Assembly (NCBI GenBank): GCA_018815925.1
Contig: JAHIWS010000019.1
Location: 252 to 64,251 of the forward strand
Origin: Nanobdellota archaeon
GTDB taxonomy: Archaea > Nanobdellota > Nanobdellia > Pacearchaeales > GW2011-AR1
DNA length: 64,000 nt
Reading direction: 5' to 3'
A program made the translations under genes and the position numbers. Positions 10,391 to 19,848 of the stretch are shown here, in pieces (the stretch's first letter is position 1; every line of letters starts with the position of its first letter). The notes beneath the pieces were generated by a model. The model searched no databases, had not been told where the DNA came from, and was given only the letters and a program-made list of their open reading frames with translations.

Positions 10391-10723
10391 TTAATCCATA
10401 TAAAAAGGACCACTATTCCTTATTTCATAAGAACTATCAACAACATTAGGACCTTTAAAATTATAACAACTATCAACTAGATCAATTCTTACTGAGGTAT
10501 TATCTACTGATTTAGAAATTGAATCTGAGAAAAAAGGAGTGCAGAAATATTCTGCAAAGCTTTGATATTTTCGCTCTTCTTCAACATTTCTAATTTTTTT
10601 ATTAATCTCTCTAATCTCTTGTAAATCAGGTACACCGCCCACAATCATCTTACTATCTCCAATCTTAGGAACCAAAAACAAAAACCCAAAAGCAACCACT
10701 AAAGTCATTAAATTTCTTCCCAT
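10391..10723 (-). CDS. Hypothetical protein with N-terminal hydrophobic segment
   Basis: 110-aa ORF with signal-like N-terminus. Confidence 0.5.
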   Translation of the reverse strand: MGRNLMTLVVAFGFLFLVPKIGDSKMIVGGVPDLQEIREINKKIRNVEEERKYQSFAEYFCTPFFSDSISKSVDNTSVRIDLVDSCYNFKGPNVVDSSYEIRNSGPFYMD

Positions 10724-10810
10724 ACAACCAATAACATCTCACACTTTTTAAGTATTATTACAAAAAAACACTACATAAATTTTTATAAAAATAAAATACA
10801 AATTAATAAT

Positions 10811-11200
10811 ATGATTTCAAAATTATATGTTATCTTGGGAACAATGACAACAAAAATAAATGAAAAATCTACAGATTTTCCTACAGCAGGTATAATTGAA
10901 CAAAAACACACAGGAAAATTTACAGGAAAAGGCTTTGATTTTATGGGATATTACACATTAATAGGTGATGAAAAAGAAAATAAAATTAGATTAATAAAAA
11001 TATACGACGAAAAACCAGAAAACATAGTACTTAATCTTAATAAAATAAATAATAAAATATGGATAGGAGAATGGAAATACAAAGCTAGAAAAGGAACAGT
11101 AGAATTTACAATAAATGAAATTCAAACAAATCAAATTAATTTAAGAATATTTGAAGCATATAAACAAGGAAGACCTCCTAAAAAAAGAAGAAGAAACTAA
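10811..11200 (+). CDS. Hypothetical protein
   Basis: 129-aa ORF preceded by a TTTATAAA box. Confidence 0.55.
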   Translation: MISKLYVILGTMTTKINEKSTDFPTAGIIEQKHTGKFTGKGFDFMGYYTLIGDEKENKIRLIKIYDEKPENIVLNLNKINNKIWIGEWKYKARKGTVEFTINEIQTNQINLRIFEAYKQGRPPKKRRRN

Positions 11201-11204
11201 AAAA

Positions 11205-11606
11205 ATGAAAATCTGGCTTGAAAAATATTCTAAAATTTTTTGGATAATTACCTTAGTAATTGCTATTTTTATTTTTTATACTTCAACACTAACTTTCCCA
11301 CTTGCAACAGGTAAATTAGGAATAACCTCAATACTTTATCACCTTTCAGTATTTTTTGCATTAGGTTTCTTTTTATTAATATCTTCTTTAAAAGGAAAAT
11401 TAAATTGCAAAATTTATTTAGTAATAATTATCTCAGTTTTATATGGGATTTTAGATGAACTTCATCAATTTTTTGTTCCTGGAAGATATACTGCATTTTC
11501 TGATATTCTAACAGATTCTGTTGGGATAATTTTAGCATCTACAATTTATCTTATAATTATTAAATTAAAAAACCTTAAAAACTACAAAAAACTAATCCCC
11601 CTATAA
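11205..11606 (+). CDS. VanZ-family membrane protein
   Basis: YGILDELHQFFVPGR...SDILTD motif; start probably ATG 11205. Confidence 0.88.
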   Translation: MKIWLEKYSKIFWIITLVIAIFIFYTSTLTFPLATGKLGITSILYHLSVFFALGFFLLISSLKGKLNCKIYLVIIISVLYGILDELHQFFVPGRYTAFSDILTDSVGIILASTIYLIIIKLKNLKNYKKLIPL

Positions 11607-11648
11607 GTTCAGAAGGAAAATAAAACTTTCCACTATATCTTATTTAAA

Positions 11649-12290
11649 ATGAATAACAAAGAGGTACTAAAAAACATTAAAAGATTTTGGAAAAAGTTTT
11701 GGTTTATTGTTTGGAAAGATGAATCTCTAAGAGGATGGATTTTATCAATAATTTTTTTATTTGTTTTAATTAAATTTATTTTCTTCCCTACTCTAAGTTT
11801 CATAACAGGAACTTCCTTACCTTTAGCAATTGTTGAATCATGTTCTATGTATCATTCAGGAAATCTATTTTCAGATTTTGATTCTTGGTGGCAAAAACAC
11901 GATACAAAATATGAACCTTTTGTAATAGAAAAATTAGAATTTCAAAATTACAAATTCAAAAATGGTTTTAACAAAGGAGATATTTTATTTGTTATTGGAA
12001 TAAAACCTGAAAAAATAAAATTAGGCGATGTAATAATCTTTAATGCAAATAAACAAAACCCATTAATTCATAGGGTCATAAGTATAAAAACAGATTCTAA
12101 TGGAAAAAAAATATTCTCAACAATAGGAGATAATAATAATGGACAATTAAGTATAGAAAAGAATATTAATGAAGATCAATTGATAGGAAAAGCAATTTTC
12201 AAACTAGCCCCATATGCTGGGTGGGGAAAACTCATATTTTTTGAATCATTTAGACCTGAATCAGAAAAAGGTTTTTGTAAAGAAAATTAA
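11649..12290 (+). CDS. Signal peptidase I (archaeal/Sec11 type)
   Basis: VESCSM, KGDI, LIHRV, TIGDNN motifs; N-terminal TM. Confidence 0.88.
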   Translation: MNNKEVLKNIKRFWKKFWFIVWKDESLRGWILSIIFLFVLIKFIFFPTLSFITGTSLPLAIVESCSMYHSGNLFSDFDSWWQKHDTKYEPFVIEKLEFQNYKFKNGFNKGDILFVIGIKPEKIKLGDVIIFNANKQNPLIHRVISIKTDSNGKKIFSTIGDNNNGQLSIEKNINEDQLIGKAIFKLAPYAGWGKLIFFESFRPESEKGFCKEN

Positions 12291-12331
12291 AAAAACAAAA
12301 AATTTAAAAAGAGGTGGGTACAAAAGCTACA

Positions 12332-12640
12332 ATGGAATTTTGCCCTAAATGTGGAGCTGTTCTAATTCAAAAAAGAAAAAACTATGGGTGTGCTAGATGC
12401 AATTATTCTTCAAAAGATAAAGTAAAAATAGCCACTTCTGAAAAAATAGAAGAAAAAAAGAAAATAGCAGTTATCTCAGAAAAAGACACACAAATTCTTC
12501 CTATAATTGCAGAAACATGCAAAAGATGTGGAAACAATAAAGCTTATTTCTGGACAGTTCAAACACGTTCAGGTGACGAAGCAGAAACAAAATTCTTCAA
12601 ATGCACAAAATGTGATTTTACTTGGAGAGAGTATCGTTAA
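12332..12640 (+). CDS. tfs: Transcription elongation factor TFS
   Basis: FCPKC, second Zn ribbon, QTRSGDE acidic hairpin, WREY end; start ATG 12332. Confidence 0.93.
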   Translation: MEFCPKCGAVLIQKRKNYGCARCNYSSKDKVKIATSEKIEEKKKIAVISEKDTQILPIIAETCKRCGNNKAYFWTVQTRSGDEAETKFFKCTKCDFTWREYR

Positions 12641-13419
12641 TCTTTCTCCTTAAACAAACTAGTAAAATCAGTATCTTTTTCCTCTTCATGTTCTTCTGGA
12701 GGCATATTTGAATTAGGACAATCAAAAGGATGCCAAGAATCATTTCCAAGAGCCATATCAATCAAAATCCACCTGCCATCCTTAGCTTTGCAAAAGTCAA
12801 CACCCCAATAACCATAAACATTCTGGGAAACTTTTTTAGAATATTGTGTCAAAAGATTAACTTCTTCTCCTTCATAATTCATTTTAGATACAATAGCTTT
12901 CCAATTTTCTGGAAGTAATGTAGAAAGAGTTCCTTTTTCAACAGCTTTTTCAATCCAATAAGCATGATGACATAAAAGTTTTCCATCTTCCACAAAATAT
13001 CTCCTCTCAGGATTAACAGGCATTTCTCCAGAAAAAGCATTAAATCCAGTATCCATAGGAATAAATTCTCTAACAACAATAGCTTCTAAAGGCAATCCTA
13101 AAAAATCTGCAAGCTTATTATGTATAACAAGTTCAGCAAGATGGTTTTTCAATTCACTAAAATTATTAAGATAACAAGTATCCTTCCAAGAATGTTTAGC
13201 TGAAAGTTCATCTGTTCTTAAAAAAACAGGTAAAGAAAATTTAGATTCAATCAAATGTCGAACTTCTCTTTCTATCCTATCTAAATTAAAAAAATCTCCC
13301 TCCCCTTCATAATATTCCTTTTTTTCATTATCATTTAATCTAATAATTTCTGTTCTAGGAATAGGAATCTCCAAATTCTTAATTTTAGGAAACCAATATA
13401 ATAAACTATTTTTATCCAT
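12637..13419 (-). CDS. ATP-grasp-fold protein (DUF4343/R2K-like)
   Basis: PVFLRT..SAKH, VVREF, ERRYFV, WGVDF...WILID motifs. Confidence 0.65.
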   Translation of the reverse strand: MDKNSLLYWFPKIKNLEIPIPRTEIIRLNDNEKKEYYEGEGDFFNLDRIEREVRHLIESKFSLPVFLRTDELSAKHSWKDTCYLNNFSELKNHLAELVIHNKLADFLGLPLEAIVVREFIPMDTGFNAFSGEMPVNPERRYFVEDGKLLCHHAYWIEKAVEKGTLSTLLPENWKAIVSKMNYEGEEVNLLTQYSKKVSQNVYGYWGVDFCKAKDGRWILIDMALGNDSWHPFDCPNSNMPPEEHEEEKDTDFTSLFKEKD

Positions 13420-13475
13420 TATAAAAAAGTAGAAAAATATAGGTTTTAAAGATTATTGTAAACAAGAATAAAAAA

Positions 13476-13608
13476 TGGCCCTGGAGGGATTTGAACCCCC
13501 GACACCCGGATAACTCTAGACTAGAATCAATAGATTCTGTCGAAGCCCGCGAATTAAAATTCACGTCCTTAAGAGTCCGGCGCTCTAACCAGGCTGAGCT
13601 ACAGAGCC
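13476..13608 (-). tRNA. tRNA-Lys(CTT) with a 58-nt intron at 37/38 (intron 13512-13569)
   Basis: Acceptor stem GGCTCTG/CAGGGCC; anticodon arm CCGGA-CT-CTT-A^A-TCCGG; T-loop GGTTCAAATCC; bulge-helix-bulge with central helix CTCT/AGAG. Confidence 0.93.
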
Positions 13609-13696
13609 ACTTGTTTTTGTTAAGGCCAAGCTCATCATGGTTTAACTTTAGATTCTAACCAGGCTGAGCTACAGAGCCACTTGTTTTTGTTAAGGC
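13584..13696. repeat. Exact 43-bp direct repeat (13584-13626 and 13654-13696) duplicating the tRNA-Lys 5' end and leader
   Basis: tctaaccaggctgagctacagagccacttgtttttgttaaggc occurs twice with a 27-bp spacer. Confidence 0.95.
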
Positions 13697-13796
13697 AAAA
13701 ACATAAAATAACTAGAAATAATTTATTTAAAAACATATCCTCAGCTACTCCCAGCCACAATTATTAAAACTAATTCAGGGGCGGTAGTTTAAAAAA

Positions 13797-14063
13797 TTAT
13801 TTTATTAAACCTTGAATATTTCCAATTGCATCTGCAACTTCCCTTCCTTTCTTAGTTAGCTTTATCACCTTTATTCGCCCCCTTTTTTCAAAATCAACTA
13901 ACTTCAAAATTTCTAAAGTTTGCAGAATCTTTACTGCATGGCTATAGGTACAATCAACCTCTTTAGCCAAAATACTACCATACCTCATTCTTGTATTCTT
14001 CTTCAAAGAGACCAACATCAAAGCTGGCTTTCTTCTAAAAAAGATATCAAAATTGTCTTTCAT
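13797..14063 (-). CDS. Winged-helix (MarR-like) transcriptional regulator
   Basis: LAKEVDCTYSHAVKIL helix-turn-helix; KRGRIKVIKLTKKG wing. Confidence 0.85.
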   Translation of the reverse strand: MKDNFDIFFRRKPALMLVSLKKNTRMRYGSILAKEVDCTYSHAVKILQTLEILKLVDFEKRGRIKVIKLTKKGREVADAIGNIQGLIK

Positions 14064-14219
14064 TTTTGTTTGGTATGTTATAAAACTTAATTAGTTTAAT
14101 GTATATATTCAGATAGTGTCGTCTTTTTAAATGTTTTGTAGTATATATATTTGTCCCCATTCTCTAGTGAAAAATAAACAAAGAGCAAATCTTATTAACC
14201 CTAAAAAATTTCAAATATT

Positions 14220-14855
14220 ATGGACAAAAAAAATAAAGCACTTACAAAAAAAACAAAAATCTTGGCAATAGGAGATATTCATGGAGACACAGGACTTGTA
14301 AAAAAGCTTGCTCAAAAAGCAAAAAAAGAAAATGTTGATGTAGTTATTTTGGCAGGAGATTTAACTTTTGCAGAAATGTCTCTAAAAAACATAATAGGCC
14401 CATTTGCAAAAGCAAAAAAAACTGTTTTAATTGTACCAGGAAATCACGAAGCAGTTTCAACAACAGCTTTTCTTTCTGAAATGTATGCCCCATACTCAAA
14501 ACATCTCCATGGATATTCCTTTAAAAAAGAAGGTGTTGGTTTTTTTGGTGCAGGAACAGCAGAAATAGGACCTAATGTTCTAAAAGATCAAACAATTTTT
14601 AATTTACTTAAAAAAAGTCATTTTAAAATAAAAAATTCAAAAAAGAAAATAATGGTAACACATATGCATCCAGAAGGGTCAAAATCTGAGTTTTCAGGTT
14701 TTCCAGGATCAAAGGCAATAAAAAGGGCCATAATAGAGCTTCAACCAGATATTGCAATTTGCTCACATATTCACGAAGCAGCAGGACTAGAAGACAAAAT
14801 AGGAAAAACCAAAGTAATAAATGTCAGCAGAAAAGCAAAAATTTTTGAAATTTGA
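14220..14855 (+). CDS. Calcineurin-like metallophosphoesterase
   Basis: GDIHG, AGDL, PGNHE, TH, SHIHE motifs. Confidence 0.92.
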   Translation: MDKKNKALTKKTKILAIGDIHGDTGLVKKLAQKAKKENVDVVILAGDLTFAEMSLKNIIGPFAKAKKTVLIVPGNHEAVSTTAFLSEMYAPYSKHLHGYSFKKEGVGFFGAGTAEIGPNVLKDQTIFNLLKKSHFKIKNSKKKIMVTHMHPEGSKSEFSGFPGSKAIKRAIIELQPDIAICSHIHEAAGLEDKIGKTKVINVSRKAKIFEI

Positions 14856-14896
14856 ACATTAAAAACTCTTAAATACCCTTTTTCTTCCCTATATTA

Positions 14897-17218
14897 ATGC
14901 CCAGAAAGCTTAAAAAATCCAAGGAAGAAAAATTAGCTGAAAGTTTCTTTCCAGTCGATCAAGACGATCTAAAAAGAACAACTGAGAAATCTATGAAAGA
15001 ATCAATTTCAGAAAAAGATCTAACCAAAAAAGCTATTGAAAAAAAACATACAAAACTTCTTGGATATGATTTAGAAAATGTAAAAAAAATTCCAAGAAAA
15101 AGATATAAAAGAAAAACAAAAAAGACAATTGATTCTAAAAGATATTCTCCACCAAAAATAAATTATACAGATTATGAATTAATTATTACTGAAAAACCAC
15201 AAGCAGCAGCAAAAATCTCAGAAGCATTAGGAAAATCAACAAGGAGGGATTCAGGAGGTGTAACTTATTATGAATTAATAAAAAATGGAAATAGAATAAT
15301 TGTTGCCTGTGCTGTAGGACATTTATTTACTTTAAAACAAAACAATCCAGGATCAGAAATACCCACTTTTGACATAAGCTGGACTCCAAATTATTTAATA
15401 AAAAAAAATGATTTCACAAAAAAATATTATAACACTTTATCAGCACTTTCAAAAAAAGCAAATTCCTTCACTGTAGCTACAGACTATGATGTTGAAGGAG
15501 AAGTTATTGGATTTAATATTATAAGATTTATATGTCATAAAAAAGATGCAAATAGAATGAAATTCTCCACACTAACAGAAAAAGAATTAAACCAGGCTTA
15601 TAAGAACAAGTCAAAAAACATAAATTGGGGGCAGGCTATTGCAGGAGAAACAAGACATTATTTAGACTGGTTTTATGGTATTAATCTTTCAAGAGCCCTA
15701 ATGAATTCTATTAAAACCACAGGAAGTTTTAGAATAATGTCTATAGGAAGAGTTCAGGGTCCAACACTAAATCTAATTGTCCAAAAAGAAAGAAAAATCC
15801 AAGATTTTAAATCAGAACCCTATTGGCAAGTTTTTATTACAGTTAAAAATGGCCATATTCTAGAATTAAAATACAACAAAGATATTTTCAAAAAAGAAGA
15901 ATTAGATAAATTTCAGGAACTTAAAGGAAAAACAGCAGAATGTTCAACAATTAAAACTCAAGAAACCTTGCCACCCAACCCTCCTTTTAATCTTACTACT
16001 CTACAAACAGAAGCCTACAAATTTTATGGGATAACTCCCTCTAGAACACTACAAATAGCACAATCACTTTATTTAGCTGGACTTATTTCATATCCAAGAA
16101 CATCTTCTCAAAAACTTCCTTCTTCAATAAATTATCTAAGTATTTTAAACAAATTAGCAAAAGAATACAAGGTCTCGCACCTAATAACTAAAAACAAACC
16201 AATTGAAGGAAAAAAATCAGATCCAGCTCACCCTTCAATATATCCAACAGGAAATAAACAAATTTTATCAGGAGATGATGAAAAAATATATAGTTTAATT
16301 ATTAAAAGATTCTTATGTCTTTTTTGTGATTCTGCTATAATAGAAAACAAAAGAATAATAGCAAAAATAAATGAGCTAATATTCAGCACCAGGGGATTAG
16401 AAATAATAAAAAAAGCTTGGATGGAAATATACCCCTCAAAACTCAAAGAAGTAAAAATTCCAGATTTAAATGGAACTATGAAAATAATCAATACCAGGTT
16501 TGAAGAAAAACAAACTCAACCTCCGAAAAGATACTCTCCTGCTTCAATAATTTCTCAATTAGAAAAAAGAAATCTTGGAACAAAAGCAACTCGTAGCAGT
16601 ATTCTTGAAACTCTTTACAATAGAGGTTATATTCAAGACACAAGTATAAAAGCAACACAATTAGGAATGTCTTTAATATCAACTTTAGAAAAGTATTCTT
16701 CTATCATAATCGATGAAAAACTCACAAGAAGTTTTGAAGATTCAATGGAATCAATAACAACCTCTACAAAAAATTGGTTAGATAAAGAAAAAAATATAAT
16801 AGAAAAAGCAAAAAAAACAATAATAGGTATTGCAAAAGATTTTGAAAAGAATGAAAAAAAAATAGGAAAAGAACTCTTAGATGCTAATTTAAAACAACGT
16901 GAACAGCAAAAAAAAGAAAATACACTCATTCAATGCCCTATCTGTAAAAAAGGAAATTTAGGAATTACATATTCTAAAAAAACAAGAAGACAATTTGTTG
17001 CGTGTGATGCATATCCAGATTGTAAAACAACTTTCTCACTTCCTCCAAATGGATTAATAAAAAAAACAGAAAAAGTTTGTGAAGAGTGTAATTACCCTAT
17101 GCTAATGAGACTTTCAAAAGGAAAAAGACCATGGCAATTTTGCTTTAATCCTAATTGTAAAACTAACAAAGAAAGACTAGAAGAATATAGAAAAAAACAA
17201 GAACAAGAAGAAAAATAA
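14897..17218 (+). CDS. topA: Type IA DNA topoisomerase (archaeal TopA) with C-terminal Zn ribbons
   Basis: TEKP, GHL, ATDYDVEGE, SIGRVQ, ISYPRT (catalytic Tyr), LGTKATR motifs. Confidence 0.96.
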   Translation: MPRKLKKSKEEKLAESFFPVDQDDLKRTTEKSMKESISEKDLTKKAIEKKHTKLLGYDLENVKKIPRKRYKRKTKKTIDSKRYSPPKINYTDYELIITEKPQAAAKISEALGKSTRRDSGGVTYYELIKNGNRIIVACAVGHLFTLKQNNPGSEIPTFDISWTPNYLIKKNDFTKKYYNTLSALSKKANSFTVATDYDVEGEVIGFNIIRFICHKKDANRMKFSTLTEKELNQAYKNKSKNINWGQAIAGETRHYLDWFYGINLSRALMNSIKTTGSFRIMSIGRVQGPTLNLIVQKERKIQDFKSEPYWQVFITVKNGHILELKYNKDIFKKEELDKFQELKGKTAECSTIKTQETLPPNPPFNLTTLQTEAYKFYGITPSRTLQIAQSLYLAGLISYPRTSSQKLPSSINYLSILNKLAKEYKVSHLITKNKPIEGKKSDPAHPSIYPTGNKQILSGDDEKIYSLIIKRFLCLFCDSAIIENKRIIAKINELIFSTRGLEIIKKAWMEIYPSKLKEVKIPDLNGTMKIINTRFEEKQTQPPKRYSPASIISQLEKRNLGTKATRSSILETLYNRGYIQDTSIKATQLGMSLISTLEKYSSIIIDEKLTRSFEDSMESITTSTKNWLDKEKNIIEKAKKTIIGIAKDFEKNEKKIGKELLDANLKQREQQKKENTLIQCPICKKGNLGITYSKKTRRQFVACDAYPDCKTTFSLPPNGLIKKTEKVCEECNYPMLMRLSKGKRPWQFCFNPNCKTNKERLEEYRKKQEQEEK

Positions 17219-17220
17219 AA

Positions 17221-17412
17221 TTATTTCTTTTTCTTTTTACCTTTTGTTACTGGAACTTCTGTAGAGCAAGTATTACACTTAAAAGCATGGAACAAGATAA
17301 TTACACCAGCAAGAACCACTAACCATTTTGTCCAAGTAGTAGGTATCCAAAGTGTAAATACAATTACAATTAAACCCAAAAAAACACCCCACCATTTATT
17401 ACAATCACACAT
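17221..17412 (-). CDS. Small two-TM membrane protein
   Basis: Two hydrophobic helices; GAGGTGAG Shine-Dalgarno upstream. Confidence 0.6.
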   Translation of the reverse strand: MCDCNKWWGVFLGLIVIVFTLWIPTTWTKWLVVLAGVIILFHAFKCNTCSTEVPVTKGKKKKK

Positions 17413-17467
17413 TTAAACTCACCTCATTTAATTGATATTTAATAACAAAGAGTATTTATAAATTTGT

Positions 17468-18673
17468 CTAAAACCATTCCCTTAAATTTTTCTGAGTCCT
17501 AAGTTGTTCTAATAATTTACTTTTATCTAAAAGGTTTTTATTATCAAAACCATATTTTATCATTCCAATTTTCTTACTACTATTAACTACATCATCTAGG
17601 CTATCAAATTTTAGAGGTTTTTTATCCATAGCTTTTTTCACTGATTCTCTAACTACCCAAACCCCAAGTGATGCCCAATAACTTGGAGTCTCTAATCTAA
17701 TAACCAAAACACTGGCTTGTCTCTTAAGATTATTTAAATATTCAAGTATTGGAAGACGAGCAGCATAATAACCTCCTGCAGTAGCTGAAGCATATGTTTT
17801 TCTTCCACTAAACCACTCAAAATCTGTTGAAGCCTTTATCTGTTTTGAAGGATTCCAAGAACTTCCAGGAAAATAAATCTCAAACAACTCATAACTCCAA
17901 ACATTAGGAAATAACATAATCAAATAATGGTTTCCTAAAAAACTTCCAAAAAATAATTCATAATCTTCAATCCATTTATAATCCTTAATATTTTTCAAAA
18001 GAAATTTCCCTAAAGAATCATCAGTAGCTGTTATACTCCATCTTGTAGGAACAAGTCTTTTATTTTTCTTTAATCCTAAAACTCCAACACTCAAAATTTT
18101 ACTTAAAACATATTCAGAAAATTTATTTCTATAAAGATACTCAATACCTTCAGAAGATTTTATTTCATCATTAACAACCTTATCTACCCTCCTATCTATT
18201 TTAACATTCTCTGTAATTCTAGCTTTTTTTAATGGTGCCCTCATTCCTATATCCGTAACAACTCTGTCCTTTTTTCTCCCCAAAACAACATTTTTCTTTA
18301 ACTCAATTTCCACATCTACTGGTTTTGAAGCAAGTGCAATTTCCTGTGCAATTTGAATAAATTTTTTATTTAACCTAGAATCTTGGACATTTGACTGGAA
18401 TCTAGAATTAAGTAAATTATCCCTTAATCTAACCACATCATGTATTGAAAAATCATTATTAGCCCAATAAGGAGCATCATCATAAACCCAAGCATCTTCA
18501 TCTTTTTCTAAAGGACTCAAAATACCAACATTAACCAAAGGATATCTTAATTTACTTCCAATAAAAACACTTGGAGGGGAATTACTATCTAACTTAAAAA
18601 TCTTACATATATCTTTATATTTAAACTTGGTCTGAGCTATTTTCTTAATAATTTCAAACTTAATATCTGACAT
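17468..18673 (-). CDS. Nre-family PCNA-interacting DNA repair protein
   Basis: SPPSVFIG..YP, LVPTRWSITATDD, GGYYAARL, LGVWVVRE; C-terminal PIP box QKNLREWF. Confidence 0.9.
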   Translation of the reverse strand: MSDIKFEIIKKIAQTKFKYKDICKIFKLDSNSPPSVFIGSKLRYPLVNVGILSPLEKDEDAWVYDDAPYWANNDFSIHDVVRLRDNLLNSRFQSNVQDSRLNKKFIQIAQEIALASKPVDVEIELKKNVVLGRKKDRVVTDIGMRAPLKKARITENVKIDRRVDKVVNDEIKSSEGIEYLYRNKFSEYVLSKILSVGVLGLKKNKRLVPTRWSITATDDSLGKFLLKNIKDYKWIEDYELFFGSFLGNHYLIMLFPNVWSYELFEIYFPGSSWNPSKQIKASTDFEWFSGRKTYASATAGGYYAARLPILEYLNNLKRQASVLVIRLETPSYWASLGVWVVRESVKKAMDKKPLKFDSLDDVVNSSKKIGMIKYGFDNKNLLDKSKLLEQLRTQKNLREWF

Positions 18674-18729
18674 AAAATAGCAAGGTAATAGAAGTTTATA
18701 TTATTTTTTTGTTACTTAGAGGTTAAAGA

Positions 18730-19026
18730 TTATTTGCCAGAAGTTAACAAATCAACTAGATTTTTTACTTCTTCTCTAATAATACGTGAACCACCTCTTG
18801 CTGAGGTATTTGAAGGATTTATTTTTATTGTAACATCATATCGAAGGGAAAAAAGACTGTCCCCTGAAAATTCATTTACCTTAATTTCTTCAATAGAAAA
18901 AATATTTCTTTTCTTAGTATTACTAACACCATACTTTTTATCTCAAATATAATTTAATACTTCAAAATATGTTTCATGAGAAATATTAAATTTGAGGGAT
19001 TTAATATAATCATGTCTTGTAACCAT
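18730..19026 (-). pseudogene. 98-codon hypothetical ORF interrupted by an in-frame TGA (18943-18945)
   Basis: MVTRHDY...LNYI*DKKYG...LLTSGK fills the radB-nre gap. Confidence 0.5.
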
Positions 19027-19071
19027 TAGGTTAAATTAATATTGTATCTTTAAAAGCATTATTATAATAGA

Positions 19072-19800
19072 TCATATCCACCCCTTTCTAAATATGCCTT
19101 TGTTTTTTATTTCAAAAATCATTTCTTTTTTAGGCAAACTCCTATGTTTTAATAAAACAGCTTTTCTCTTATTCCCTTCTAATCTTAATTCAATAACACA
19201 TTTACTCCAATACTTAAACAAATCTCCCCCAACAATATTTGACTCAGCTATTTTTCCTGCTCTCCATTCTTCCTCAGACAAAAACCCCTTATACACCTGA
19301 TTTGTTATAATAATTGAAATTTTTTCTGATCTAGCTATCTCTGCTAAAATCCTCATTTGATTTGCAACTTCTCTATTAACTTTCCTTATATTCTCTTCCT
19401 CTCCTACTTGAATAGCATCTCCAAGTTCAAGCCTATAAAGCATTGCCATACTATCTACAATAATAAGTCCCACATGCTCTTTTTTAACTTGATTTAGCAA
19501 GGTCTGAAAAATCTTTTTTTGTTCATCAAAAGATTTTGGTTCAAGTAAAAGTATTTTCTCCAATAAGGTTTTATAATCTTCACCAACAATTTGTTTGACT
19601 CTCTCTGAAGAAAAACCTCCTTCTGTATCAATAAAAATAATTTTCTTCTCTTTTTTAGCCTGACTACAAGCAGCTAAAATACAAAAATTAGTCTTTCCGC
19701 TTCCAGGACCACCTGCAATCATAGTTATAACTCCTAATTCATAACCCCCAAAAAGCCATTTATTCAAATCATAAGAACCTGCTGATATTTTCTCAACCAT
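19072..19800 (-). CDS. radB: DNA repair and recombination protein RadB
   Basis: GGPGSGKT, FIDTEGGFS.ER, IIVDS, ITNQV, C-terminal KHR motif. Confidence 0.92.
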   Translation of the reverse strand: MVEKISAGSYDLNKWLFGGYELGVITMIAGGPGSGKTNFCILAACSQAKKEKKIIFIDTEGGFSSERVKQIVGEDYKTLLEKILLLEPKSFDEQKKIFQTLLNQVKKEHVGLIIVDSMAMLYRLELGDAIQVGEEENIRKVNREVANQMRILAEIARSEKISIIITNQVYKGFLSEEEWRAGKIAESNIVGGDLFKYWSKCVIELRLEGNKRKAVLLKHRSLPKKEMIFEIKNKGIFRKGWI

Positions 19801-19848
19801 AAAGATTCAAATTTAAAAGAATTAATAAGGATTATTATAAAAGAAAAC

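Noticed and set aside
13627..13653. Box C/D sRNA in the spacer (ATGATGA)
   Set aside because: No box D (CTGA) at a suitable distance downstream on the same strand.
13584..13696. Two 43-bp repeats with a 27-bp spacer as a mini CRISPR array
   Set aside because: The repeat is tRNA-Lys sequence, there are only two units, and no cas genes are in the window.
13741..13790. Slightly GC-rich patch as a possible ncRNA
   Set aside because: Only weak, imperfect pairing and no SRP, RNase P or tRNA hallmarks.
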